A stretch of DNA of 64,000 bases from an uncultured virus (IMG/VR IMGVR_UViG_3300014204_000168) (lineage: Duplodnaviria; Heunggongvirae; Uroviricota; Caudoviricetes): positions 1 through 64,000 of IMG/VR virus record IMGVR_UViG_3300014204_000168. One strand, given 5' to 3'. A program made the translations under genes and the position numbers. This document shows positions 52,168 to 61,465 of the stretch, piece after piece. Under the pieces are notes generated by a model that saw only the letters and a list, made by a program, of their open reading frames with translations, had not been told where the DNA came from and ran no database searches. Within the stretch, counting starts at the first letter, position 1; each line of letters begins with the position of its first letter.

Positions 52168-53115
52168 ATGAAAAAAACAAGTAGAATTACTACACCACCC
52201 ACTGAAAATATGGTTAAATGTTGGGTAATTGAACGATATGGTGATGATTTTGAACCTAAATTTTTAGATGAATTAATATATAAGTATTTGTTAACAATAA
52301 ATAACCATAACGAATATTCTAAAAAACGAACTATTAAATACATTTCCGAAAATATATTTAACTTAGAAAGGATATATCGTAAGCAAGAATTATCGTATTG
52401 GATTAAACGTGGGTGGAATGAAAAAACAGCTGCATATAAACGAATAATACGAAATAAAGAATGGTATATTAATATGTATGGTGAAATTGACGGACTTTTA
52501 ATGTATAATAAAAAAAATGATAATATATCTAATAATTGTGGTCATACATTAGAAAAATACATTAAACGATATGGTGAAAATGAAGGTAAGTTTAAGTATG
52601 ATAATTATAAACGTACTTGTGCTAGGAATTTAACATTTTTTATTACAAAATATGGTGAAATTGAAGGTAAGATTAAGTATAAAAATTTCAAGAAACATAT
52701 TGGTAAGGCATCAAAACAATCGTTATTGGTTTTTAAACCATTGGTAGATTGGTTGATTAATTACGTTGATATTAACGATATTTACTATGGTGATAATAAT
52801 AGTAGAGAGTTTTTTATTGTTAAAGACGGTAAAACGTATCTTTATGATTTTACAATTAAAAAACTAAATATAATTATAGAATTTAATGGTGTTAAATTTC
52901 ATGTTAATGAATCTTGGTCTGATAGAATAAAGGAAAATTGGGTACACCCATTTAAAAAGATTAATTATTTTGATGCTATTGAAAATGATAAATTTAAAAA
53001 TAAATTAGCGAGGGAATTTGGTTTCACAACATTGACAATATGGTCTGATACACCAATCGAAGAAAATATAAATATTTGTAAAAATTTTATTAAGAGTTAC
53101 ATAAATGAAGAATAA
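52168..53115 (+). CDS. Putative homing endonuclease (YGExEG repeats plus Vsr/PD-(D/E)XK-like domain) inserted in rnhB
   Basis: Repeated YGE(I/N)(D/E)G; YLYDFTI..IIIEFNGVKFH; IWSD. Confidence 0.7.
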   Translation: MKKTSRITTPPTENMVKCWVIERYGDDFEPKFLDELIYKYLLTINNHNEYSKKRTIKYISENIFNLERIYRKQELSYWIKRGWNEKTAAYKRIIRNKEWYINMYGEIDGLLMYNKKNDNISNNCGHTLEKYIKRYGENEGKFKYDNYKRTCARNLTFFITKYGEIEGKIKYKNFKKHIGKASKQSLLVFKPLVDWLINYVDINDIYYGDNNSREFFIVKDGKTYLYDFTIKKLNIIIEFNGVKFHVNESWSDRIKENWVHPFKKINYFDAIENDKFKNKLAREFGFTTLTIWSDTPIEENINICKNFIKSYINEE

Positions 53116-53188
53116 TAAATTATTAACACATTGTCCACCTTGCCTATCCGAACTAGATTTTATAGTTGGTATAGACGAGGTGGGCTAA
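53105..53188 (+). CDS. rnhB: Second RNase HII N-terminal peptide MKNNKLLTHCPPCLSELDFIVGIDEVG*
   Basis: ATG overlaps the endonuclease 3' end; ends exactly at GIDEVG, TAA at 53186-53188. Confidence 0.7.
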   Translation: MKNNKLLTHCPPCLSELDFIVGIDEVG

Positions 53189-53730
53189 TTAGTAGAGGTT
53201 GTTTAGCCGGACCTGTTGTTACAGGTGCTGTTATCCTACCTAATGATTTTAATCATAAATTAATTAGAGATTCTAAAACATTATCAGAAAAACAACGTGA
53301 TGAAGCGTATGAAATCATAATAAAAAACGCAATAGCTTATTCTGTTCAAGCATCCTCAGTTAAATTAATTGATAAATATAATATAAACGAAGCAACATTT
53401 ATAGCTATGCATAAATGTCTGGATGACCTAATAATCACTAAAAACCAAGATATTAAACATATATTAGTTGATGGTATCGTATTTTCTCCTTACAAAGGAA
53501 TTGAACACACATGTGTAGCTAAAGGTGATAATACATACACTTGTATAGCAGCAGCAGCAATTCTTGCTAAGGTAGAAAGAGATAATTATATGAAACGATT
53601 ACATGAAATTCACCCACAATATGATTTTTTTTCAAACAAGGGTTATGGTACCGCAGCCCATATTAAATCTATAAAAGAGGTTGGTTTAATACAAGCACAT
53701 AGAAAATTATTTGTAAGAAATTTCATTTAA
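53188..53730 (+). CDS. rnhB: RNase HII body lacking the N-terminal DE motif (start uncertain)
   Basis: SRGCLAGPVV, DSKTLS, LVDG, KGD, IAAAAILAKVERD, NKGYGT, HR. Confidence 0.85.
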   Translation: MSRGCLAGPVVTGAVILPNDFNHKLIRDSKTLSEKQRDEAYEIIIKNAIAYSVQASSVKLIDKYNINEATFIAMHKCLDDLIITKNQDIKHILVDGIVFSPYKGIEHTCVAKGDNTYTCIAAAAILAKVERDNYMKRLHEIHPQYDFFSNKGYGTAAHIKSIKEVGLIQAHRKLFVRNFI

Positions 53731-53839
53731 TACTTGACAAATTAAAAATTATTTCATATCTTTGCAAAACATTTCCGATAAAACGGATATAAAATTGTCA
53801 AAATAATAAAAAAAATATTTAACTTTAAAATTTAACACT

Positions 53840-55273
53840 ATGACTAAATTAGTAGATGCTTTACGTACTGAAGACGTATTAACAGAAAATGGTATGACAA
53901 CAAACTCAACATCGTTGAATAATTGTGTTGATTTATTTTTCCAAATTGGTGCAATGAGAGGTCAAGATAAAACTAGACTTATTAATTCATTCACTAAAGC
54001 ATATGGTGAAAATCCGTTGGTAGCTATGAAATTATTATTTTGGGCTCGTGATATTCGTGGTGGTGCTGGAGAAAGACAAATTTTCAGAGATATCGTATCT
54101 TATATGGCTAAAAACCATAAAGCATCAATCGCTAAAAATATTCAATTAATTTCTGAATTTGGTAGATGGGATGATGTATTATCATTACTTGGTACTGGAC
54201 TTGAAAGTGCTGCGTTGGAAACAATAGCAACTGGTCTAGCTAACAAAAATGGTTTATGTGCTAAATGGATGCCAAGACCATCAGTAAACAGTAGAGATAA
54301 AAAAGCTCAAGCTGAATTAGTTAGAAAACATTTAAAATTAACTCCAAAAGAGTATAGAAAAATGTTATCTGAGTTATCTAACACAGTTGAACAAGCTATG
54401 TGTGCTAAAAACTGGGAAGTTATTGAATATAGTAAATTACCATCAAGAGCTATGGCAGATTATATGAAAGCATTTAGTAAAAATGACTCAATTAGATTCC
54501 AAGCATATATGGATGCACTTGATAAAGGTGAAACTAAAATAAATGCTGGTGCTGTATACCCATATGACGTTGTTAAATCAATGAAAAATGGTGTTGCTCA
54601 AGGTGCAAACGCACAATGGAATGCATTACCAAACTATATGATTGGTAATACTGAAAGATTAATGCCTATGTGTGATGTATCGGGGTCAATGGATTGTCCA
54701 GCTGGACAAAACCCTAATGTAAGTTGTTTGGATGTATGTATTTCTTTAGGGTTATATATTTCTGAAAGAAATGAAGGTGCTTTTAAAGATGCTTTTATGA
54801 CATTTTCAGCTCGTCCTGAGATACAAGTACTTAAAGGTACTTTATCTGAAAGATATGCACAATTACATAGAGCTCAATGGGATATGAATACCAACTTAGA
54901 AGCAGCATTTAAAATGCTTTTAAATAAAGCGGTTACATATAATGTACCAGAACTTGAAATGCCAACTATGATTGTTATATTTTCGGATATGCAATTTGAT
55001 AGATGTGGTAGTGATTCATGGAATCCAACTGCACAACAAATGATTGAAGCTCAATACACTAAAGCTGGGTATAAAATACCAAAAGTAGTATTCTGGAATT
55101 TAAACGCTCATAATAGTGATTCACCAGTTAGATTTGATAAACAAAATACAGCGTTAGTATCTGGTTTTAGTCCAAGTTTATTAACATCGTTATTGGCTGG
55201 TAAAGACCTTACTCCAATATCAATGATGTTAGAGGTTGTTAACTCAGAACGTTACTCAAAAGTAACGATATAA
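53840..55273 (+). CDS. Ro60/TROVE-like helical protein with vWA domain (DUF2828-like)
   Basis: TENG, RDIRGGAGER, FGRWDD, AKWMPR, MIDAS DVSGSM, FSDMQFD, VFWNL, VSGFS. Confidence 0.75.
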   Translation: MTKLVDALRTEDVLTENGMTTNSTSLNNCVDLFFQIGAMRGQDKTRLINSFTKAYGENPLVAMKLLFWARDIRGGAGERQIFRDIVSYMAKNHKASIAKNIQLISEFGRWDDVLSLLGTGLESAALETIATGLANKNGLCAKWMPRPSVNSRDKKAQAELVRKHLKLTPKEYRKMLSELSNTVEQAMCAKNWEVIEYSKLPSRAMADYMKAFSKNDSIRFQAYMDALDKGETKINAGAVYPYDVVKSMKNGVAQGANAQWNALPNYMIGNTERLMPMCDVSGSMDCPAGQNPNVSCLDVCISLGLYISERNEGAFKDAFMTFSARPEIQVLKGTLSERYAQLHRAQWDMNTNLEAAFKMLLNKAVTYNVPELEMPTMIVIFSDMQFDRCGSDSWNPTAQQMIEAQYTKAGYKIPKVVFWNLNAHNSDSPVRFDKQNTALVSGFSPSLLTSLLAGKDLTPISMMLEVVNSERYSKVTI

Positions 55274-55304
55274 TTTTAAGGTGGGTATCGAAAGATACCC
55301 CCCG

Positions 55305-55468
55305 TATTTGTAGCTAAAGGATGCATACTGCAATCTTAAAAAAAAAGCAAATTAAATTAGTGAAACAGGTGGTTTAAAAATTGTGTACACCCTTTGAAAA
55401 AAAACTAACAAAAACTCTCGTTAATGGTAAGAGAAGACAAAAAATGGCCCAGCATTCTGATACAAATA
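55305..55468 (+). ncRNA. Putative structured RNA, motif copy A
   Basis: Ends pair (TATTTGTA/TACAAATA; AGGATGC/GCATTCT); 5' arm followed by ATACTGCAA; terminator follows. Confidence 0.55.
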
Positions 55469-55473
55469 AAAAT

Positions 55474-55498
55474 AAAAAGGGACTTCGGTCCTTTTTTT
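55474..55498 (+). terminator. Intrinsic terminator
   Basis: AAAAAGGGAC-TTCG-GTCCTTTTTTT. Confidence 0.85.
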
Positions 55499-55556
55499 GT
55501 TATAATAACTTGAAAGTGTTAATAATTTTTAGTATTTTTGAATAAATTTAAAATAT

Positions 55557-56495
55557 ATGAAAATACACGACAAACATTTTAGGAATTACTTTAATACGTA
55601 TTCAAGTGATTACAAACAAGAAATGGAACTTTATTTGAGTAATAAATCAGTTATACTTACAAAACCAGATATAACTACTCGGATTACCGAATTATATAAT
55701 GCTATGGATAAACCATTACCACATATAACTTGGTACACACTTACCGATGTTAAAAATGAATTTTTTGAGGAAACTGAAATCATAACAACCATAGGTAACA
55801 TAAATTGGGTGTATTTCTACACAACATTCATTAATTTATTAGCTCACGATGTAACCGAGGTAAATAAAACTATGTTTGAAATTTATGATTCTAAACATAA
55901 ACAATTTGACTTACTTTATGATGTAATGTTTAATATATTTGGGTTTATTGAATTAGAAGATGAATTAATACTTATCGAAAAGCCTGAAAAATTTTACGAC
56001 ATCGATGATAATTTAGAATTCCATTCTTTAACTGGTCCAGTAATCGAAATAGGTGATTTAAGAGAGTATTTCATCCATGGTGTTAACGTAACACGCCTTG
56101 AGTGGTCAAAACGTCTTAGAATCGCTCTAATTGACTCTACAGATGAATTAATCAAAGAAATTGATTTAGATACATTAAATAAAATTCGTAATGAAGTATT
56201 TGCTATTGAAGGTAATAACGTAAAAAACATTAACGAGCCAAAAGTGATAGTATTTTATCTAGATAGAGAAATATTAAATAATCGTGAAATTGTACATCAA
56301 TTTGCTAAATCTGTTGATAAAGTATTTGATGAAAGACATTTTAATGCATTAGCTTTTTTCTTACCAACTGATGGTGATGAACATGTTGAATGTATTAATC
56401 CACAATTAATCAGTAAAGAAGATTACCAAAAAGTAATTGAAGTACTAGAAACATCTAAAAAATTATTTGATATCGGTAATATTAAGGACGAGTAG
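55557..56495 (+). CDS. Hypothetical protein
   Basis: 312 aa with own TTG-N20-TATTTTTG promoter; FHSLTGPVIE...FIHGV segment. Confidence 0.7.
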   Translation: MKIHDKHFRNYFNTYSSDYKQEMELYLSNKSVILTKPDITTRITELYNAMDKPLPHITWYTLTDVKNEFFEETEIITTIGNINWVYFYTTFINLLAHDVTEVNKTMFEIYDSKHKQFDLLYDVMFNIFGFIELEDELILIEKPEKFYDIDDNLEFHSLTGPVIEIGDLREYFIHGVNVTRLEWSKRLRIALIDSTDELIKEIDLDTLNKIRNEVFAIEGNNVKNINEPKVIVFYLDREILNNREIVHQFAKSVDKVFDERHFNALAFFLPTDGDEHVECINPQLISKEDYQKVIEVLETSKKLFDIGNIKDE

Positions 56496-57141
56496 TAGTT
56501 CTCCATATTTTTGTCATATTCCAGCCGGTTTTCTCTTTGATTAAGTCATAGATATCACCGGCTGTTTTTTCTGATGCTATACCTAAAAATAGTAATTTAT
56601 TAGTTTTACTATCTTTTGCTATTTCTTTTAGTTTATTATGTAATCTAAGACAGTCATCAGGGCATTTACAAATAATGAAATCTAATTCATCACCACGAAT
56701 AATTAATTTATTTTTAACTACAATAATTTCTTTAGTACCATTCTTGGTCCTAATACCCTTCATTAATATTTTTTTAATAATATCTCTTACGGTGAATCGT
56801 TCAAATCTATTATCGTAACCATATACCCAAAATGTTTCTTCTAGTTGATACGGTGCCGAATCAATTATAACCCATTTAGGTGAATCATTTTTTTCTTCTA
56901 CTAACTTACCTAATTTATCACGAACAATTCTATTTTCATCAGTTTCACCACGTTCTTTAATTAATAATATTTCGTATTCAACTGGTATTATATCTTTATA
57001 GTTAATATGTTTTTGGGGCATGTCAATTTTATTATCCTTTCGTAATTCTCTAAACATATTGTTAATGAATTCGAATGAACTTGATTTTAAAAGAACCTTC
57101 TTTTTAATTTTATTTTTAACTAATACAATTCTATACCTCAT
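56482..57141 (-). CDS. Hypothetical basic protein
   Basis: 219-aa minus-strand ORF filling a gap with no + strand ORF. Confidence 0.75.
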   Translation of the reverse strand: MRYRIVLVKNKIKKKVLLKSSSFEFINNMFRELRKDNKIDMPQKHINYKDIIPVEYEILLIKERGETDENRIVRDKLGKLVEEKNDSPKWVIIDSAPYQLEETFWVYGYDNRFERFTVRDIIKKILMKGIRTKNGTKEIIVVKNKLIIRGDELDFIICKCPDDCLRLHNKLKEIAKDSKTNKLLFLGIASEKTAGDIYDLIKEKTGWNMTKIWRTTTRP

Positions 57142-57205
57142 AAACTTGAAAGTTTCATTTAATTTATGTATTTTTGTAAAATAATAAATAGAAACATAAA
57201 TAAAT

Positions 57206-57427
57206 ATGAAAAAATTATTGCAAGAGAGTGTTGAATTTTATTCAATGTTAGAATATTTCACCACTAGAAACGAAGATGATAGTAATGGGTTACCAACTAT
57301 ACCATCAAAGCCATTCGATGAGAATAGTAATCCAAATAATCAATTTATTGGTGTATTAAATAATAGATTTTTTGGTAATACAAAAATTAATTGTGTTTTA
57401 TTAAAAAAAGATACTAATAATGTCTAA
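57206..57427 (+). CDS. Small hypothetical protein
   Basis: 73 aa after a promoter; overlaps dnaJ start. Confidence 0.55.
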   Translation: MKKLLQESVEFYSMLEYFTTRNEDDSNGLPTIPSKPFDENSNPNNQFIGVLNNRFFGNTKINCVLLKKDTNNV

Positions 57428-58433
57428 ACGAGATTATTATGAAGTGCTTGGACTTTAAAATGGTGCTTCAGATAAAGAAATTAAAAAATCATACCGTAAT
57501 TTAGCTAAAGAACACCACCCGGATAAAGGTGGTGATGCTAATGCCTTCAAAGAAATTAATGAAGCTTACGAAGTTTTAAAAGACCCTGATAAAAAAGCTA
57601 ATTACGATAAGTATGGACATCAGACAAATCGTGGTGGCTATAATGATGATTTTGTTAAATGGGGTGAACGATTCCGTCAACAATTTAATCAACAAACTAG
57701 ACCAGTCGGCCAAAATATTAGATTAAATATTAAATTAAGTTTAGAAGAAGCATTTAATGGTGTTAATAAAACTTTTAAATATAATAGATATGATAGTTGT
57801 AATGATTGTAAAGGTGTTGGTGGTGAAGATGAAGTAACTTGTAATGTATGTCATGGTAGTGGTATCATTAGAGAAGTTTATAATACACAAGTTGGTGTTG
57901 TTCAAAATGTATATCCTTGTAATCATTGTGGTGGTAATGGTAAAACGTATAAAACACAATGTAAAACCTGTAACGGTAATGGTGTTGTACCAATCAATGA
58001 TGAAGTAACTATTAATATACCAGCTGGTATTAGTGATGGTGATAGTATGATAAAATATAGTAAAGGTAATGCATGTAAAAATGGTGATAGCGGTAATTTA
58101 ATAATTGTTATTAATGTATTCAAACATGAAAAGTTTTTAAGGGTGTTATCGGATTTAAAATATATTAAAGAAATAAGTTATCCTGATGCTATTTTAGGTG
58201 TTAAAATTGAGATTCCAACAATTGAAGGTACCACAATTAAATTAGATGTACCACCTTATAGTGATAATGAAAGTATATTGCGTTTAAAAGGTAAAGGTAT
58301 GACTATAGTTAATAATACAGAACGTGGGGATTATTTAATCCAAATTAATATATTAATGCCAAAGGAAATATCACCAGAAGAACGTCAATTATTAGAAAAA
58401 ATAAAAGAAATACAAGAAAAACTTGAAAATTAA
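57420..58433 (+). pseudogene. dnaJ: Class A DnaJ chaperone with an in-frame TAA at codon 13
   Basis: [31 protein letters not shown], four CxxCxGxG, C-terminal domain; only internal stop is 57456-57458. Confidence 0.85.
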
Positions 58434-58490
58434 AGATATTATATATATTTTTGCAATCTAAGTAAATAATAATAATTAAAATAGAAAAAA

Positions 58491-58934
58491 ATGGGACAAA
58501 AATTTGATGAATTAGAAAAGGATGTTGAAAAAATCTTTGATTTGGTAATTAACTGTACTGATTTAGAACAAAAAGTTAACATTAAAATTGTTGGTAACGA
58601 CAGACAAAAAGAAATAGGTAAAGTAGTTAAAACAAATGATTTGACTAAATACTTAAGTGATGATGTTGATGTGGTTGTAATATTAAATCAACTTATATTC
58701 GAACAATTACCAGAAGATATGCAAGAAATGGTTGCAATCGAATTAATAACTTATATTGGTTATGATAGTGATAAAGAAAGAGTAGTTATTGCTAAACCTG
58801 ACGTAAATACATTTAGCACTATATTGAAAAAATATGGTTATGAGGCGTATGAAAGAACGGTTGAATCAATTAAATCACTATACGATAAAAAACAAAATGA
58901 AGAAAATGCTGGTGAAGCACCAGCAGAACAATAA
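58491..58934 (+). CDS. Hypothetical protein (weak resemblance to phage metallopeptidase family, no HExxH)
   Basis: 147 aa with own promoter. Confidence 0.6.
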   Translation: MGQKFDELEKDVEKIFDLVINCTDLEQKVNIKIVGNDRQKEIGKVVKTNDLTKYLSDDVDVVVILNQLIFEQLPEDMQEMVAIELITYIGYDSDKERVVIAKPDVNTFSTILKKYGYEAYERTVESIKSLYDKKQNEENAGEAPAEQ

Positions 58935-58955
58935 CGTATCCGTAAAAAAATTAAA

Positions 58956-59177
58956 ATGGAAGACGAAAAAGCAATCTTTGAGAAAAATTGGGATATATTT
59001 GTATTAACAGGTATGCCTTGGCACGAAATTAAATCACTAACTATTACTGATAGAGATTATATGTATGCTAAAGCTGTTGAAGCTAAAGAAAAAACGCTAG
59101 CACAATTGAAAGCTAGAGACGAATATTATGCTTCACAAGGTTTAGGTCCTGATGGTAAACCACAACAACAACAATAA
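58956..59177 (+). CDS. Hypothetical protein
   Basis: 73-aa ORF in operon. Confidence 0.6.
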   Translation: MEDEKAIFEKNWDIFVLTGMPWHEIKSLTITDRDYMYAKAVEAKEKTLAQLKARDEYYASQGLGPDGKPQQQQ

Positions 59178-59431
59178 TGGATGTCGAAACATTAGCAGAA
59201 TTAAACCCAGATGCCTTAACGGCTGATGGGTTTGAAGATGCACTTATAGGTGCAGTGCAAAGATGTGGTTTAGGACCAATAGCTTTATACAGTCAAGCTA
59301 AATGTCTTTCTATTTTAGTTGAAAGAGACGGTATGAGTTTTGAAGAAGCTATGGAATACTTCGATTTTAACGTATTAGGTGCTTATATGGGTGAAAACAC
59401 CCCAATGTTTTTAATGGACGATGAAGAATAG
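59177..59431 (+). CDS. Small phage protein
   Basis: ADGFEDALIG..EEAMEYFDFNVLGAYMGENTP, a pattern I recognise from phage hypothetical proteins. Confidence 0.7.
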   Translation: MDVETLAELNPDALTADGFEDALIGAVQRCGLGPIALYSQAKCLSILVERDGMSFEEAMEYFDFNVLGAYMGENTPMFLMDDEE

Positions 59432-59454
59432 TATTAACTTTAAATAAAAATTAA

Positions 59455-60159
59455 ATGGACAATTATAGTAATGTAGATTATTACGGAGAATTTAAAAACT
59501 ACGCTTGTAGACATCTAGGTGTTTCTCAAATGCAATTTAGAGCTTGGGAACAACTTCAAACAAGATTGTATACACAAGCATCAATGACACCATATATTCT
59601 TGAAGAAAGAGAAATGCGTGTAACTCAAATGGATATCTTTTCACGTTTAATGATGGATAGAATTTTATGGATTGCTGGTGTTGTTAATGACGCTATGAGT
59701 ACTGTTGTACAAGCACAATTAATGTTTCTAGACAACGTAAATAATGAAGATATTACAATGCATATAGATACACCCGGAGGAAGTGTTAAATCTGGATTAT
59801 CAATGGTTGATGTTATGGATTATATTAAATCAGATATTGCAACCATTAATACTGGTATGGCAGCATCAATGGGGTCTGTATTATTAGGTGCTGGAACTAA
59901 AGGTAAACGTTCTAGTTTACCATCAAGTAGAGTTATGTTACATCAAGTGTCTTCTGGTAGTGAAGGAAATATACAAGATATGAGAATATCTATGATTGAA
60001 ACTGAAAAAATTAACTTAGAACTTTTTTCAAAACTTGCATCGTATTGTGGTAAATCAGTTGAAGAAGTTATGTTAGATACAGAAAGAGATAAATGGTTAA
60101 CCAGTCAAGAAGCAGTTACTTATGGTATAATTGATTCGGTTATTACAAAACGTAAATAA
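59455..60159 (+). CDS. clpP: ATP-dependent Clp protease proteolytic subunit
   Basis: MDIFSRLMMDRI, TPGGSV, GMAASMG, MLHQ, ERDKWL. Confidence 0.95.
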   Translation: MDNYSNVDYYGEFKNYACRHLGVSQMQFRAWEQLQTRLYTQASMTPYILEEREMRVTQMDIFSRLMMDRILWIAGVVNDAMSTVVQAQLMFLDNVNNEDITMHIDTPGGSVKSGLSMVDVMDYIKSDIATINTGMAASMGSVLLGAGTKGKRSSLPSSRVMLHQVSSGSEGNIQDMRISMIETEKINLELFSKLASYCGKSVEEVMLDTERDKWLTSQEAVTYGIIDSVITKRK

Positions 60160-60160
60160 T

Positions 60161-60598
60161 ATGAAAACGACAGTAAATCTTCAAAATAAAAAAGGTTCTT
60201 TTAATTATCAATTCTTAGATAAATATGTTGCTGGTATAATGTTAATAGGTACCGAAGTTAAAGCTATTAGGGATGGTAATGTTAGTTTTGTTGATAGTTA
60301 CTGTGTATTCATTGATAATGAATTATGGCTCACCGGACTACATATTTCACAATATAAATTTGGTGATGCACACGAAGAAAAACGTCATAGGAAACTATTA
60401 TTAACAAAGAAAGAATTATCTAAACTTTCATATAATGTAAAACAATCTGGGTTAACAATAGTACCTGTACGTTTATTCACAACGGATAAGGGTTTATTAA
60501 AATTAGAAATTGCTTTAGCTAAAGGTAAAAAAAGTTACGATAAACGTGAAGATTTGAAACTTAAAGATGCTAAACGAGAAATGGAGAGGGTATTATAA
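60161..60598 (+). CDS. smpB: SsrA-binding protein SmpB
   Basis: NKKGSFNY, AGIMLIGTEVKAIR, RKLLLTKKEL, AKGKKSYDKRE. Confidence 0.95.
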   Translation: MKTTVNLQNKKGSFNYQFLDKYVAGIMLIGTEVKAIRDGNVSFVDSYCVFIDNELWLTGLHISQYKFGDAHEEKRHRKLLLTKKELSKLSYNVKQSGLTIVPVRLFTTDKGLLKLEIALAKGKKSYDKREDLKLKDAKREMERVL

Positions 60599-60810
60599 TG
60601 AGTGATTATAATATGAATGGATTAGTTGAAGGTTTGATTGGTATTGGTGTTGTTATAACAATAATTATATGTGGTTTTATCTGGTTAGGTATATGGTTAT
60701 TTTCATCAGACGAAATAAAAGTAAAAGAACCACTTAAACCAATTCGAGTTGAATTAGTTATTGAAAAAAATAATAAAATTGATTCAGTTTACGTATATAA
60801 AATTGATTAA
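60598..60810 (+). CDS. Small membrane protein
   Basis: Single TM helix. Confidence 0.6.
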   Translation: MSDYNMNGLVEGLIGIGVVITIIICGFIWLGIWLFSSDEIKVKEPLKPIRVELVIEKNNKIDSVYVYKID

Positions 60811-60873
60811 AATACTTGATTTTTTAATTTTTTAATAGTATCTTTGTATTTATAAAAGAGTTCATTAATTTAT

Positions 60874-61239
60874 GGGGCATAACTGGCTTTAGATTTTGTA
60901 TAATCGTAAGTGGTAAGCATGTAGTGAAATAACTAAATTCACTTTAAACGAGTAGTTAAAAGTTCAAATGGCAATATGTTAAATATTTCCGAAAACTTCC
61001 TTGCTGAGGCTTCTTTTGAAGTGCTTGCTGGAGAGGCTGTAGCTGCCTAAGTATACGAAGCATACAACCAAGAACCCACTTTAAAATTGTTCCAAGTGGT
61101 TAATCTAGGGTCAATAGCGTAGGTATCAGTTGAAGCTATATTAAACTGAATATATTGGAAAGATAGAAATCTTTATCCTAAACATGTAGAAAGGTATTGA
61201 AGAATATGAAAGACCGGGGTTCGAATTCCCGATGCTCCA
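60874..61239 (+). ncRNA. ssrA: tmRNA
   Basis: GGGGCAT/ATGCTCC-A acceptor stem with G3-U70; T arm CGGGG-TTCGAAT-TCCCG; internal tag ORF 60970-61050 ending AVAA*; near smpB. Confidence 0.92.
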
Positions 61240-61252
61240 CTAGAATAAACGA

Positions 61253-61278
61253 AAAAAGGGGTTTTATGACCCCTTTTT
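61253..61278. terminator. Bidirectional intrinsic terminator
   Basis: AAAAAGGGGT...ACCCCTTTTT between tmRNA and a convergent micro-ORF. Confidence 0.8.
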
Positions 61279-61302
61279 AGTTTTTAATGATAAATAATTT
61301 AA

Positions 61303-61359
61303 TTATTTTTTAACCACTTTTACATTTGGTTTACCATTACCACCTTTACATCCACACAT
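61303..61359 (-). CDS. 18-aa micropeptide MCGCKGGNGKPNVKVVKK
   Basis: Minus-strand ATG to TAA; ATATTTATA about 40 nt upstream; terminator downstream. Confidence 0.5.
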   Translation of the reverse strand: MCGCKGGNGKPNVKVVKK

Positions 61360-61465
61360 AGTTTTATATTTTTAAATGATTGTTATTATCTGTTATATAT
61401 AAATATATCACAAATTAATTTAAAGTAAATTTGCATTTCTTATTTTTTTGTTATATCTTTGTCAA

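Noticed and set aside
53131..53187. ORF-track N-terminus MSTLPIRTRFYSW for RNase HII
   Set aside because: Lacks the catalytic DE motif, which is encoded in an overlapping frame (53105-53188)
52113..53190. Group I or II intron in rnhB
   Set aside because: Only about 55 nt before and 75 nt after the endonuclease ORF, the latter coding; no recognisable ribozyme core or suitable terminal G that restores the motif
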